In this document: positions 25,659-34,477 of the stretch, piece by piece
Layout of the letters: each line of letters opens with the position of its first letter
Numbering within the stretch: position 1 is the stretch's first letter
NCBI GenBank assembly: GCA_900696625.1
Contig: CAADGU010000415.1
Span: 3,875-67,874, forward strand
Direction of reading: 5' to 3'
DNA: 64,000 nucleotides
From: an uncultured Chloroflexota bacterium
Lineage (GTDB): Bacteria; Chloroflexota; Anaerolineae; Promineifilales; Promineifilaceae
Translations under genes and position numbers: made by a program
The notes under the pieces: model-generated
Seen by the model: only the letters and a program-made list of their open reading frames with translations
The model's database searches: none
What the model was told of the DNA's origin: nothing

Positions 25659-25939
25659 ACGTCATTCCCACTATCCATCACCTGATCGCTCTCAAGTTGT
25701 GGCTCAAGAAACTCCAGGAAGGGCAAAGCGGCCGTGCCGCCCGGCGCTTGCTTATTGTGCGCGGCCAGCGGCAGGATGACCTCGGCCGACCCATTACCCT
25801 GGTTGCCAGTCCCTACGCCCACAATTTCTACCACCCACGGCCGCACGCGCCGCGACCGCGCAAACCGGCGCCAGCATTCCATGCCAATCTGGTGGCGCGG
25901 CAGAAGAAGGCGCGGCCGTATCCCGGAGACACCGTATGA
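25655..25939 (+). CDS. hypothetical protein
   Basis: ATG 25655 overlaps the previous stop (ATGA). 'MNVIPTIHHLIALKLWLKKL..'. Confidence 0.5.
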   Translation: MNVIPTIHHLIALKLWLKKLQEGQSGRAARRLLIVRGQRQDDLGRPITLVASPYAHNFYHPRPHAPRPRKPAPAFHANLVARQKKARPYPGDTV

Positions 25940-26187
25940 CACCCGTCAGTTTCCACCCCCAAGAGCAGTTGTTCACCTCGACAGACCCCAACGTCGGCGA
26001 CCTGCCCACCATCCGGGTCAAGTATGCCGACGGCCGCCGGGGCATCGTCTCTTGCTGGCGGCCGTCGTTCAGGGAACGGGTACGCATACTGACGGGACGG
26101 CCGGTTTACCTTTGCGTCCTGGGTTGGCTGCATCCGCCGGTGCTGCTGTCTACCGACGCTCACGAAGTGGGGGACAAGCCATCATGA
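25936..26187 (+). CDS. hypothetical protein
   Basis: ATGA overlap on both sides. 83 aa. Confidence 0.5.
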   Translation: MTPVSFHPQEQLFTSTDPNVGDLPTIRVKYADGRRGIVSCWRPSFRERVRILTGRPVYLCVLGWLHPPVLLSTDAHEVGDKPS

Positions 26188-27686
26188 TCCTACCTGACCA
26201 GGTAAACCTGGCTGAGATTGCCTATTTGCAGCATCGGGCCGAAGAGGAGAAAGAAATCCAGGCCCGTATCGTCCGGGCGCGGGAGCTGGATGAGGGTGAC
26301 TTCGACGACACGCTGGCGACGCAGACTGCCAAATATCTTGTCGGGGGCACGGCCGATGAGTTAGAGGGTGTGAACTTGATGTCCATCGTGTTGCGCACCG
26401 TGCTGCGTCGCATTGATGTAAAGGGTATTGCCACCACCGACAACGCCCTGACCATCTGGCTGGAACATATCTGGGACGCCAACAGCATGGCCATCAAGCA
26501 GTCAACTGTCCATCGCCTGGCGGAGCGGGATGGTGAGGCGTTTGTGATTGTGGACTATGACATGGGCACGGAACGGCCGTGGCAACCAGATGGCCCGCGG
26601 GGAATGCCCACTATTTACATTCATCAACGGTACACGGACCCAGAGGTAGGCGGTGACGGCGATGGCTGCCGGGCATTTTATCGCAACGACGACCCCAACC
26701 AGCCCCTGGAAATGGTCTCGAAACGATGGACGGAGACTATCTGGGAAAACAAAAAGGCCACCACCCGCCAGCGCATGACACTATACATTGCCAGACAAAA
26801 AAACGTGGCCGCGCGCATTGAGAAGTATGTCTGGGGCATCTCTGGGGCCTGGGAGCCATACACAGAGACCACCATCAACCAGGCGGGGGCGCTGGTAGAG
26901 GAAACATGGCCGATCTGGTGGACAGATGACCGCACGGCCAACGGCCGTTCGCTGCCGCTCGCCGTTATTCACTTCCGCAACGAGGAAATGGAGCCACTGA
27001 CTCGCCGCCTCTGGGGGCTGCAAAATGGCATGGATCATGCCTGGTCTGCCTTGTTGGGTGGGCTAACACAAACGGCATTTCGCACACTGTTTGTATTGGG
27101 ATTCTTCCCCACCCTCGATGGCAAAGCGCCGGCGGCCGATGGCTCCAACCTGATCCCGGTCGCACCGGGCACCATCATCGGCTCGGCCGAAAAGGGCGCC
27201 GACAAGGCGTCTGTCACCGTTATCGAACCGGCCGATCTCTCCTCCGTGTTGTCCACCATGGATAAGATGGCCATCTATTGTGCGTTCGTGGCGGGGCTGC
27301 CCATCGGAAATTTCATGGTCTCCCATCAGGTGATGGCGGCCGGGACATTGCAGCAGGGCGAAAGCGACCTGCTGGCCCACGTCAACGCCCTGGTGCGGCT
27401 GTGGGGCGCGTCCTGGAACCAGTCACTCAGCGTGGCGCGGCGGTTGGACAATCTGTACGGCCGGGCCAGCCACAATGAAGCGGTCAAAATTGAAACGATA
27501 TTTGCACCCGCCGAAGTGGCCGATATTTCCAGCCGTAATGAGGAGGCCAAAGCGCAGGCGGAGACAGGGGTACCGGACGAGGTCATCTGGCGCACGGTTT
27601 GGGGGTTCAGCGAGGAACAGGTGCAGGAGATGAAGCGTATTGTGGCTAATGTCAATGTCCCGGTTGCCTCACCGGGCCAGGAATAG
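26184..27686 (+). CDS. portal protein (SPP1 gp6-like, assigned by size and position)
   Basis: 500 aa, sitting between the terminase and the scaffold/capsid genes. ATG 26184 overlaps the upstream stop. The longer ORF from 25734 overlaps two coupled genes and was not used. Confidence 0.6.
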   Translation: MILPDQVNLAEIAYLQHRAEEEKEIQARIVRARELDEGDFDDTLATQTAKYLVGGTADELEGVNLMSIVLRTVLRRIDVKGIATTDNALTIWLEHIWDANSMAIKQSTVHRLAERDGEAFVIVDYDMGTERPWQPDGPRGMPTIYIHQRYTDPEVGGDGDGCRAFYRNDDPNQPLEMVSKRWTETIWENKKATTRQRMTLYIARQKNVAARIEKYVWGISGAWEPYTETTINQAGALVEETWPIWWTDDRTANGRSLPLAVIHFRNEEMEPLTRRLWGLQNGMDHAWSALLGGLTQTAFRTLFVLGFFPTLDGKAPAADGSNLIPVAPGTIIGSAEKGADKASVTVIEPADLSSVLSTMDKMAIYCAFVAGLPIGNFMVSHQVMAAGTLQQGESDLLAHVNALVRLWGASWNQSLSVARRLDNLYGRASHNEAVKIETIFAPAEVADISSRNEEAKAQAETGVPDEVIWRTVWGFSEEQVQEMKRIVANVNVPVASPGQE

Positions 27687-27691
27687 GAGCT

Positions 27692-27898
27692 ATGGCATAC
27701 AAGGAGATCAGGGCAAGGGGTAACGGCCGTTTACTGGGCGAGTTCGACCCAGACCGCGACCTGTTTCGGATAAAGGTCAAGGGCGAGTTTTACGTCATTG
27801 ACCTGGAAGAGGAGCGCGGCAGCGTCAGGAATCCGGTTGGCACACCCGGCCAGACCGGAATACTGCCATCGCTGCATGAGGTTCCGTCAGAAAATTAG
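27692..27898 (+). CDS. hypothetical small protein
   Basis: 68 aa. Starts 5 nt after the portal stop, with ggag upstream. Confidence 0.5.
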   Translation: MAYKEIRARGNGRLLGEFDPDRDLFRIKVKGEFYVIDLEEERGSVRNPVGTPGQTGILPSLHEVPSEN

Positions 27899-27957
27899 CA
27901 CCAGGTAGCTATTCCAGCGGCCGGCAACGGCCGCTACCATGTCACCAACCGAATAAT

Positions 27958-28023
27958 TGAGCGCATTGACGCCCTGGGCACAGAGCCGCCAGACGGCCGT
28001 GTGTCGAGGGCGTTTATTTGTTT
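27958..28023 (+). promoter_or_regulatory. box + hairpin + U-tract element, copy B
   Basis: tgagcgcattgacgcc (27958-27973) is identical to copy A. Stem cgccct..agggcg. The loop contains the same gagccgccagacggccgt. Tail tttatttgttt. Confidence 0.65.
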
Positions 28024-28149
28024 AGGGTCGAGCAGCCTGGTAACGGGCGAAATCAGGGCCGGAAACAACGAAAACAGCGAAGGGCTGGATGAGGGCCGCA
28101 AACACCTGTATCGCTGACCACGAGCAAATTCACAAGGAGATTAGCCGCG

Positions 28150-28746
28150 ATGGCTGGAACAACCACAACCACAGAACAAAACCCGCAGGGGGATCCTGCT
28201 GCCAGCCCAACCGTGACGGATGGGCAGCAAACGACTGAGCAGACAACCGAACAGGCAACCACCCAAACGGCCGATGAAGTGCAGGCCGAATTGGAACGCA
28301 CCCGCGAGGCGCTGAAAAAGGCCAACGCGGAAGCGGCCGAACGCCGACACAAGCTCAAGGAGCTAGAGGATGCGCAGCGAGCGGCCGAACGGGCAGGTAT
28401 GGATGAAAGTGCGCGCCTGGCGGCCGAATTGGAAGACCTGAAGAAGGCAACGGCCGACCGGGAGACATTGGCACAAGAAGCAGAGGCGCTGCGCACGGCC
28501 GTAGCCACGCAGGTGGACGCGCTGCTGAAGGAACTCAATGTGCCCAAGCACATTTTGCCCCTGATGGAGTCCATGTCCCCGGCGCAAAAGCTCACCTACC
28601 TGACGGAAAACCGGGCGCACTTCGCCCGGCCGGCAACCACACCGGCCGACATTGACGCCGCAAACCGGGGGCGCAACACCCAAACCGAGACCGATGAGCA
28701 AAAGGAGGCGCGGCTAAAAAAGCGCTTCCCCAGCCTCAGCCGGTAA
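28150..28746 (+). CDS. capsid scaffolding protein
   Basis: 198 aa. Highly charged coiled coil (ELERTREALKKANAEAAERRHKLKELEDAQRAAE..), located just upstream of the capsid genes. Confidence 0.6.
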   Translation: MAGTTTTTEQNPQGDPAASPTVTDGQQTTEQTTEQATTQTADEVQAELERTREALKKANAEAAERRHKLKELEDAQRAAERAGMDESARLAAELEDLKKATADRETLAQEAEALRTAVATQVDALLKELNVPKHILPLMESMSPAQKLTYLTENRAHFARPATTPADIDAANRGRNTQTETDEQKEARLKKRFPSLSR

Positions 28747-28778
28747 GCCGGTTTTTATAGTTTTGAGGAGGAATTCTT

Positions 28779-29204
28779 ATGGCAGACATTACCATAACTG
28801 CTGTTGATGTAGACGCTTCCGCGATGGCCGTCATCGAGCGTGGCACACTTGGTGAAGCGGCCGCCGCTGGCGACCTGCTGTATCTGGACGGGGCCAATGG
28901 CTGGAAAAAGGCCGACGCCGACGCCCTGGCCAGCGCCCAGGCCCGCGCCGTCCTGTTGGGATCCGGCGTGTTGGGCACCACGTACCCCAGCGGGGCGCAA
29001 GTTGACCTGGTCTTCTTCGGCCTTATGACCTGGGGCGCGGGCATGACACCCGGCGGCCGGGTCTATGTGTCCACGACGGCCGGCAAGGGCGACCAGACGG
29101 CGCCCGCAGCGGCCGGTGACTATCCGTTTATTGTCGGCTGGGCCTATTCGGCCACCGAACTGTTTGTTGATCCACAATCGGCCGTGCCGGTGGTGAACAG
29201 CTAA
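28779..29204 (+). CDS. head decoration / capsid cement-like protein (DUF2190-like by eye)
   Basis: 141 aa and Gly/Ala-rich, between the scaffold and the major capsid gene. Strong SD gaggagg. Confidence 0.45.
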   Translation: MADITITAVDVDASAMAVIERGTLGEAAAAGDLLYLDGANGWKKADADALASAQARAVLLGSGVLGTTYPSGAQVDLVFFGLMTWGAGMTPGGRVYVSTTAGKGDQTAPAAAGDYPFIVGWAYSATELFVDPQSAVPVVNS

Positions 29205-29233
29205 TTCCGGTAATTCCGGGAGGGGATTGAACG

Positions 29234-30343
29234 ATGCCACAACAAACATTAAACCTGAAACATGTTTCCCTGCCCTCCGCCTGGGACGCGGCCGAATTAA
29301 CCCGGCTGCGCCTGGCTGATGGCACGACCTACCAGCAAATGGTGGCCGATATTGACGGCGCGTTAGAGATAGCGGCCAACATGCTGCTGAACAGCTATTA
29401 CGGCCGGCTCATCAGCGTCACCGATGAAGTGGCGGTTGAGTACGATTCCGGCAACGTGCGCGGCTTCGAGCGTGTCACCGAACGCGGCCGGGGCCAGGGC
29501 CGCCGGGGCGATACCAGCGGCCACATGCTGCCCCTGATGGACTTCGACTACAACCTGTACTGGACGCACCTGTGGCTGCGGGATGCCCGCCGGGCGCAGA
29601 TTGACCGCCAGATCAACGGCCTGATCGCCAATGTGGAAAATCTCTTCCAGAAAGAGGCGCTGACCCGCCTGTTCAAAATGGAGGAAGAGACGGGCCATTA
29701 TTACGGCCTGGGCAGCGGCGGTGTGTCTGTGCCCTTCTGTGATGGCGGTGGGGGCACGATTGCCTACACCCCCACCCCCCGGCCGGAGCGCGGCGGCACC
29801 TTCGCCAGTACGCACGATCACTACCTGCGGCTGAATGGCATCACCCAGGCCAACCTGGAGACGGCCGTCCGGCATCTGTGGGAGCACGGCATTGATGGGC
29901 CCTATGACCTGGTGATCTCGCTGGCCGATATTGCCTCCTGGACCAATACGACCAACGTCACCGGGTATGTGGAAAAGCCAGATCCGTCCGTTGTTTACGG
30001 CGCCAACTCCGAACTGGCGCGGGTGGATGACATCTACATCGGCGGCGTGAAAACCGAGTATGGGTTCTGCCGTATGTGGGCCAGCGGCCGTATCCCCACG
30101 ACCTACTGGGGCGTGACCAAAGTGTATGGGCAGAACGACATGCGCAATCCGCTGAAGGCGCGTGTGCCCGCCGGCCAGCAAGCAATCTCGGCCGAACTGA
30201 TCGTGGAGAATGTGGGCAGCTACCCGTTGCAGGGCGCTATCCCGTTCATCCGCTTCGGCGTAGGCGTGGCTGAGATGCGTGAAGCGGCCGTACTGGTGGA
30301 AAACGACTCCAGCGGCGATTACGCCAGCCCCGCCATCAGCTAA
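29234..30343 (+). CDS. major capsid protein
   Basis: 369 aa. Position follows scaffold and decoration genes. SD gggagg. Followed by a strong hairpin. Confidence 0.65.
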   Translation: MPQQTLNLKHVSLPSAWDAAELTRLRLADGTTYQQMVADIDGALEIAANMLLNSYYGRLISVTDEVAVEYDSGNVRGFERVTERGRGQGRRGDTSGHMLPLMDFDYNLYWTHLWLRDARRAQIDRQINGLIANVENLFQKEALTRLFKMEEETGHYYGLGSGGVSVPFCDGGGGTIAYTPTPRPERGGTFASTHDHYLRLNGITQANLETAVRHLWEHGIDGPYDLVISLADIASWTNTTNVTGYVEKPDPSVVYGANSELARVDDIYIGGVKTEYGFCRMWASGRIPTTYWGVTKVYGQNDMRNPLKARVPAGQQAISAELIVENVGSYPLQGAIPFIRFGVGVAEMREAAVLVENDSSGDYASPAIS

Positions 30344-30351
30344 TTGACCTA

Positions 30352-30381
30352 GAGGACACGGCCGTATACGGCCGTGTCCTC
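30352..30381 (+). terminator. hairpin after the major capsid gene (attenuator-like, weak U-tract)
   Basis: gaggacacggccgt (30352-30365) / acggccgtgtcctc (30368-30381). Confidence 0.45.
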
Positions 30382-30395
30382 TTGTGGAGAATCTT

Positions 30396-30917
30396 ATGGA
30401 CGAATTACGACCCGGCCAGGCCATCACCACGCCTATGGGCAGCATGATTGTCACGGCCGTGGGCCTGCCCAACAGCTGCACCGGCTGTGGCCAGCCACAG
30501 ATTGGCTTCTGGCTGGCCCGCCACCAGGACGAAGCCCGCAGCGGCGGCGGCCGTTGCCCCACGTGCGCCGGATTGGTGACAGAAACAGCTTCCCAGGAAG
30601 AGACGGCTGACACCAATGACACGGCCGATGACCCCACCGGCAATGGCGACGGCTCAAACGAAGAGCCGGAAATGGTGACAGCCGGCGCAAGCCAGGCTGA
30701 GGGCGCTGACACCAATGATGACACGGCCGTGCCTAACGATCTGACCATCATCAAGGGTATTGGTCCGGCGCGCCGGGACGAGTTGGCCCAACTGGGCATC
30801 ACCACGTTCACGGCGCTGGCTGCGGCCGATATAGCGTTCCTGGACACGGCCCTTGAGGTCAACCGGGCGCAGATCGCCGACTGGATAAGCCAGGCGGCGC
30901 AACTGGCGGCGCAATAA
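30396..30917 (+). CDS. hypothetical protein: N-terminal zinc-ribbon (CTGCG..CPTC), acidic linker, C-terminal helix-hairpin-helix
   Basis: 'IIKGIGPARRDELAQLGITTFTALAAAD' is an HhH-like pattern. ATG 30396 follows ggaga. Confidence 0.55.
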   Translation: MDELRPGQAITTPMGSMIVTAVGLPNSCTGCGQPQIGFWLARHQDEARSGGGRCPTCAGLVTETASQEETADTNDTADDPTGNGDGSNEEPEMVTAGASQAEGADTNDDTAVPNDLTIIKGIGPARRDELAQLGITTFTALAAADIAFLDTALEVNRAQIADWISQAAQLAAQ

Positions 30918-31294
30918 TGGCTTTCACCTACGACCTCTCGGCCGACGGCGATGTGCTGGTCATCAGCAAAATACGGCTGCAAATTGGCGATACCAAAGAG
31001 GGCAGCGGCCCCCGGCCGGATGGCAGCAATTTTAGCGATGAGGAGCTGCTGGAATTGCACAGTGATGAAGGCGCGCACGTGAAGCGGGCGGCGGCCGCAG
31101 CGCTAGAGGTTCTGGCTAACGAGTGGTCGGCCCACGCCGGTAATCACAAGCTGGGACCGGAGAGTGAGACATTCTTGCAAGCGGCCGAATATCGCCTGCA
31201 AGCCCAGAGGCTGCGTGACCGTTACGGTCACGGCGACGGCCAGGCAACGGCCGTCGCCTTCAGTATTGCTGTGAAACCGGCCGGGAAAACATGA
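30917..31294 (+). CDS. head-tail connector / head completion protein (assigned by position)
   Basis: 125 aa. TAATG overlap with the previous gene. First of a coupled head-tail gene string. Confidence 0.45.
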   Translation: MAFTYDLSADGDVLVISKIRLQIGDTKEGSGPRPDGSNFSDEELLELHSDEGAHVKRAAAAALEVLANEWSAHAGNHKLGPESETFLQAAEYRLQAQRLRDRYGHGDGQATAVAFSIAVKPAGKT

Positions 31295-31650
31295 TGGACA
31301 GACAGAACGATCAGACCGGACAAATGGGGCAAAACGCGCCGGACGTGGTGCGCATTGGCTTTCTGGATTACACGGTGCAGCGCGTGGCCGGGCTGTTCGC
31401 CGCCGATGCTGACGGCCGCTACGCCCGCTATCACGGCCGCGTTCACTTCGGTGAGCAACTCATCGAAATTGAGCGCGACGCCTCACCAGAACGCCAATGG
31501 GCAACGTTGTGGCATGAGATTACCCACGTGCTGCTGGAGCAAGCCGGCATCGAAGAGCAGGCGGGGCAAGAGCAGATTGTGACCGTCCTGGGCTATGGCA
31601 TTCCGGCCGTGCTGCAAGCCAACCCCTGGCTCGGAGCGCCGTCACGATGA
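31291..31650 (+). CDS. small HExxH-motif protein (putative zinc metallopeptidase-like)
   Basis: 'QWATLWHEITHVLLEQAG' contains HEITH. 119 aa. ATGA overlaps on both sides. Confidence 0.5.
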   Translation: MMDRQNDQTGQMGQNAPDVVRIGFLDYTVQRVAGLFAADADGRYARYHGRVHFGEQLIEIERDASPERQWATLWHEITHVLLEQAGIEEQAGQEQIVTVLGYGIPAVLQANPWLGAPSR

Positions 31651-31985
31651 CCACCAAACCGAGCCGCCGCCGCCGCTATCACAACATGGCAACCATCACC
31701 CGCATCCCGGCCGGGAATGACCCAGAGGCGCGGGAGGTGGTGGTGGCCAATGTGCCCTGCACGGCCGTGCATGAGCTTGACCAGGAACAAAAGGAGCGGG
31801 CCGGGATGGGCACGGTCAAGGTCGGGCGACTGGTTTTCTGCCCGTCTCCAGGTGTGACCATCGAAAAGCGGATGCGCTTTACGTTGGTCGGCAGCCAGAA
31901 GGAATACGCCATTCACCGGGTGGCCGGGCATCCGGCCGACGCGCCGGCATTCCTGGCATTGTACCTGGAGGATGAATCGCCGTGA
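31647..31985 (+). CDS. head closure / head-tail adaptor protein (assigned by position)
   Basis: 112 aa, coupled to neighbours (ATGA and GTGA overlaps). Confidence 0.45.
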   Translation: MTTKPSRRRRYHNMATITRIPAGNDPEAREVVVANVPCTAVHELDQEQKERAGMGTVKVGRLVFCPSPGVTIEKRMRFTLVGSQKEYAIHRVAGHPADAPAFLALYLEDESP

Positions 31986-32395
31986 TTAGTGTGCAGGTTG
32001 ACCCCAAAAGCATGGCCGCCCTCTGGGATTTGCAGCAGCGCAACACGCAGGCGCTGAAGGCGATTACCCCCGGCGAGAGTGGCTATGATGACCTGATTGC
32101 CGACGCCACACTGAAGCTGCGGGATGCGGCCGTCCAGGAAGCGCCACGTCTGACAGGGTCACTGAAAAGCGCCCACCGGGGCATTCTGGCGGCGGCCGGG
32201 ACGGGGCAGGTTTTCGTAGATCCGGCCGTGCGCAACCCAATATACGGCGGGCAGCCATCGGTCTACGGGCAGATTGTGCATCAGCGCAAACCCTGGCTGG
32301 CGCGAACGCTGCACCTGCACGGTACGCGCATCCTGAGTGAAGTGGGCGTCAAGCTGTTCAGGCGGCTCGACGATATTTACAAGGGGGCAGTGTGA
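31982..32395 (+). CDS. HK97 gp10-like head-tail protein
   Basis: 'AVQEAPRLTGSLKSAHR' resembles the gp10-family motif. 137 aa. Confidence 0.5.
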   Translation: MISVQVDPKSMAALWDLQQRNTQALKAITPGESGYDDLIADATLKLRDAAVQEAPRLTGSLKSAHRGILAAAGTGQVFVDPAVRNPIYGGQPSVYGQIVHQRKPWLARTLHLHGTRILSEVGVKLFRRLDDIYKGAV

Positions 32396-32811
32396 CGGCG
32401 ACGATTAACCAATGTCTGAACCAACTGGCGGCCGATTTAACGACCGCTCTGACCCCAGACACGGCCGATAAGGTGTATGGCTTCCGGGTGCTGCCCAACA
32501 AGCTGCAAACGGCCGTGTCCCTGACCTACATTGGTGGACTGCCCCAGGCGGCCGTGACCGGCGGGCATGGGGCGCATTACGATTTTGCGGCCGTGTTGGT
32601 GGCTCAGCATGACAATACGGAGGCCGGGCTGCTGGCGGCCGAGGAAACGCTGAATGCGGTGGAAAACATTCTCTTTCACACCCTGGCCGGCAGCCGCAAC
32701 ACGCTATGGCGTAAGGTGGAATTTCTGCGGCCGAGTGTGCGGCCGCCAACGCCGGAAGAACTGATCGGCGCCCGGTATGGCGAGGTGTACTTCCGGCTGC
32801 ACTTGAAGTGA
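32392..32811 (+). CDS. head-tail module protein (possible tail terminator)
   Basis: 139 aa. GTGA overlap with the previous gene. Confidence 0.45.
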   Translation: MTATINQCLNQLAADLTTALTPDTADKVYGFRVLPNKLQTAVSLTYIGGLPQAAVTGGHGAHYDFAAVLVAQHDNTEAGLLAAEETLNAVENILFHTLAGSRNTLWRKVEFLRPSVRPPTPEELIGARYGEVYFRLHLK

Positions 32812-32818
32812 GGTAACG

Positions 32819-33148
32819 ATGGCCACATTGGCAATCCAGACAATTAGCAAGGCAGGTATTGTGCCCTCGTTGGGCGCGGCCGCCGGTGGCGGCGATGAGT
32901 TCGCCAACGATGGCGAAACGTTCCTGTGGGTCAACAATGGCGGCGGTGGCAACATCACCGTCACGCTGGTAACACAGGCCACTGTGGACGGCCTGGCTGT
33001 GGCCGACCGCACGGTCACAGTTAATGCCGGGCAGCAAAAATTTATCGGCGACCTGGAGAAGGCTATTTACAACGACACCAACGGCCGGGTACAGGTGACG
33101 TATTCTGGCGTGACCAGCGTCACCGTAGGCGCGTTCCGCGCCAGTTAG
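32819..33148 (+). CDS. hypothetical structural-module protein
   Basis: 109 aa. SD gtgaggt upstream. Confidence 0.5.
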   Translation: MATLAIQTISKAGIVPSLGAAAGGGDEFANDGETFLWVNNGGGGNITVTLVTQATVDGLAVADRTVTVNAGQQKFIGDLEKAIYNDTNGRVQVTYSGVTSVTVGAFRAS

Positions 33149-33159
33149 TGAGGTGACTG

Positions 33160-33504
33160 ATGGCCAAAACCAAAATCCTGCCCCTACAAGAGCAGCTGCA
33201 CCGCATAATGCGGCCGATTAGCTACGGCAACCCGGCCAGCCCGCATTACGAACAGATTGTGACGCCGGCCGACGGCCTCTTCCTGGATTTCCCCCACCTG
33301 GACGACACAGACATTCTGCTGCTGCGCCGAATGAAGGCGATCTGCCCAGCAACGGAGGCGGAAATCGAACAGTCGGAGGCAGATCGGGCCGCGGCCGCGG
33401 CTATGGCTGAAGCGGAAACAGAAACGGCCGCCAACGGCCGGGCCGCCCAGAAGAGAGCCGCAAATCAAAAAATAGAGGTGAATCATGGCAAAAACAGAAA
33501 ATAG
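33160..33504 (+). CDS. hypothetical structural-module protein
   Basis: 114 aa. SD gtgaggtg upstream. Confidence 0.5.
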   Translation: MAKTKILPLQEQLHRIMRPISYGNPASPHYEQIVTPADGLFLDFPHLDDTDILLLRRMKAICPATEAEIEQSEADRAAAAAMAEAETETAANGRAAQKRAANQKIEVNHGKNRK

Positions 33505-34009
33505 CTACGTGTCAGACCTGGGTGAGGTAAAAGTCACCATTTCAGCGGCCAACGTGACCGCGGTTCCAGCCTTCGCCACGGCCGAAACCATCACGATTGA
33601 TGGCGCCGTGCGCTCTTTTCGGCGCACCAACAACCCGCAGCGGTCGGTAGCCAACACCCGCGTCACCGGCGACCTGAACCCCATTGTGACTCGCGGAAAT
33701 AGCAAGGTTGAGGGCGAAACCTGGGAGCTGGTGCTGGTGGATGATTACTACAAGGGCGCCGCCGGCGAATGGGGCACAGATGACCTGTCGGCCGTGGAAA
33801 TCTTTGTGGAATTGGACAAGGCCAACCAGGACCCAGGTGGCCTCAAATGCACCCCGGCCGGGGGCGCGGCCGGTGAGATTGAAATCACGCTGGTGAACCC
33901 GAAATTGCTTGGGGTGAGCGCGCCAGAAATTAACGCCGACGCCACCACGCCGAACGAAGTGACGGTGTTCCTGGCGGCCGACAGCCATACAGAAGCTGTC
34001 CACGCATAA
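33485..34009 (+). CDS. major tail protein (assigned by position)
   Basis: 174 aa, directly upstream of the G/GT chaperone pair and the tape measure. Followed by a 21-bp-stem hairpin. Confidence 0.55.
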   Translation: MAKTENSYVSDLGEVKVTISAANVTAVPAFATAETITIDGAVRSFRRTNNPQRSVANTRVTGDLNPIVTRGNSKVEGETWELVLVDDYYKGAAGEWGTDDLSAVEIFVELDKANQDPGGLKCTPAGGAAGEIEITLVNPKLLGVSAPEINADATTPNEVTVFLAADSHTEAVHA

Positions 34010-34010
34010 A

Positions 34011-34061
34011 CAACAAATTGGCGCGACAGGCATCCAATCGGCCTGTCGCGCCAATTTGTTG
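34011..34061 (+). terminator. strong hairpin after the major tail gene (no U-tract)
   Basis: caacaaattggcgcgacaggc (34011-34031) / gcctgtcgcgccaatttgttg (34041-34061). Confidence 0.5.
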
Positions 34062-34075
34062 CCCAATCAATCACT

Positions 34076-34477
34076 ATGGCGACAAAAAAACCAAATTTCG
34101 AGATTGTTCACGGACAGCAGGCGATGCGCATTGCCTCGCCGCTGGTGAATTGGCCGGGGCACATTTACATGCCGCGCAGCCTGAGCGCCGAGCAGTACGG
34201 CCATTGGTGGGAGAAATACCAGACCAATGGCGGCGACAAACGGCCGGAGCTCCCCCACGCGGCGGCCATCGAGCGCATGTACAAGGAGCGCTGCCACATC
34301 GTTCTGGAGTCGGGCATTGAGGGGATCGTCTTCGACGAGGCTATGCCCTACCTGGCGCTGATGAACCTGGTGGTGGCCGCCACGCAGCCGCTGATTGTGG
34401 AGGCGCGTTTCCTCCCAAACTTGCCCGGCTGGTGGAGCAGCACTGCGACTGGCGAAGCGGCGGGCGAAACGGCGTAG
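34076..34477 (+). CDS. tail assembly chaperone (gpG-like)
   Basis: 133 aa, between the major tail protein and the tape measure. Contains the slippery heptamer C CCA AAC in phase at 34414-34420. Confidence 0.65.
   Translation: MATKKPNFEIVHGQQAMRIASPLVNWPGHIYMPRSLSAEQYGHWWEKYQTNGGDKRPELPHAAAIERMYKERCHIVLESGIEGIVFDEAMPYLALMNLVVAATQPLIVEARFLPNLPGWWSSTATGEAAGETA

Noticed and set aside
25734-26183. N-terminal 150-aa extension of the portal ORF (the track gives 25734-27686)
   Set aside because: The extension overlaps two small genes joined by ATGA start/stop coupling and is Arg/Pro-rich. ATG 26184 overlaps the stop of the upstream gene and gives a normal portal size of about 500 aa.
29363-31078. 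571-aa ORF on the minus strand
   Set aside because: It is antisense to the SD-supported, translationally coupled capsid, zinc-ribbon and connector genes. It has no SD, and its Arg/Ala/Gly/Pro-rich composition is typical of open antisense frames in GC-rich DNA.
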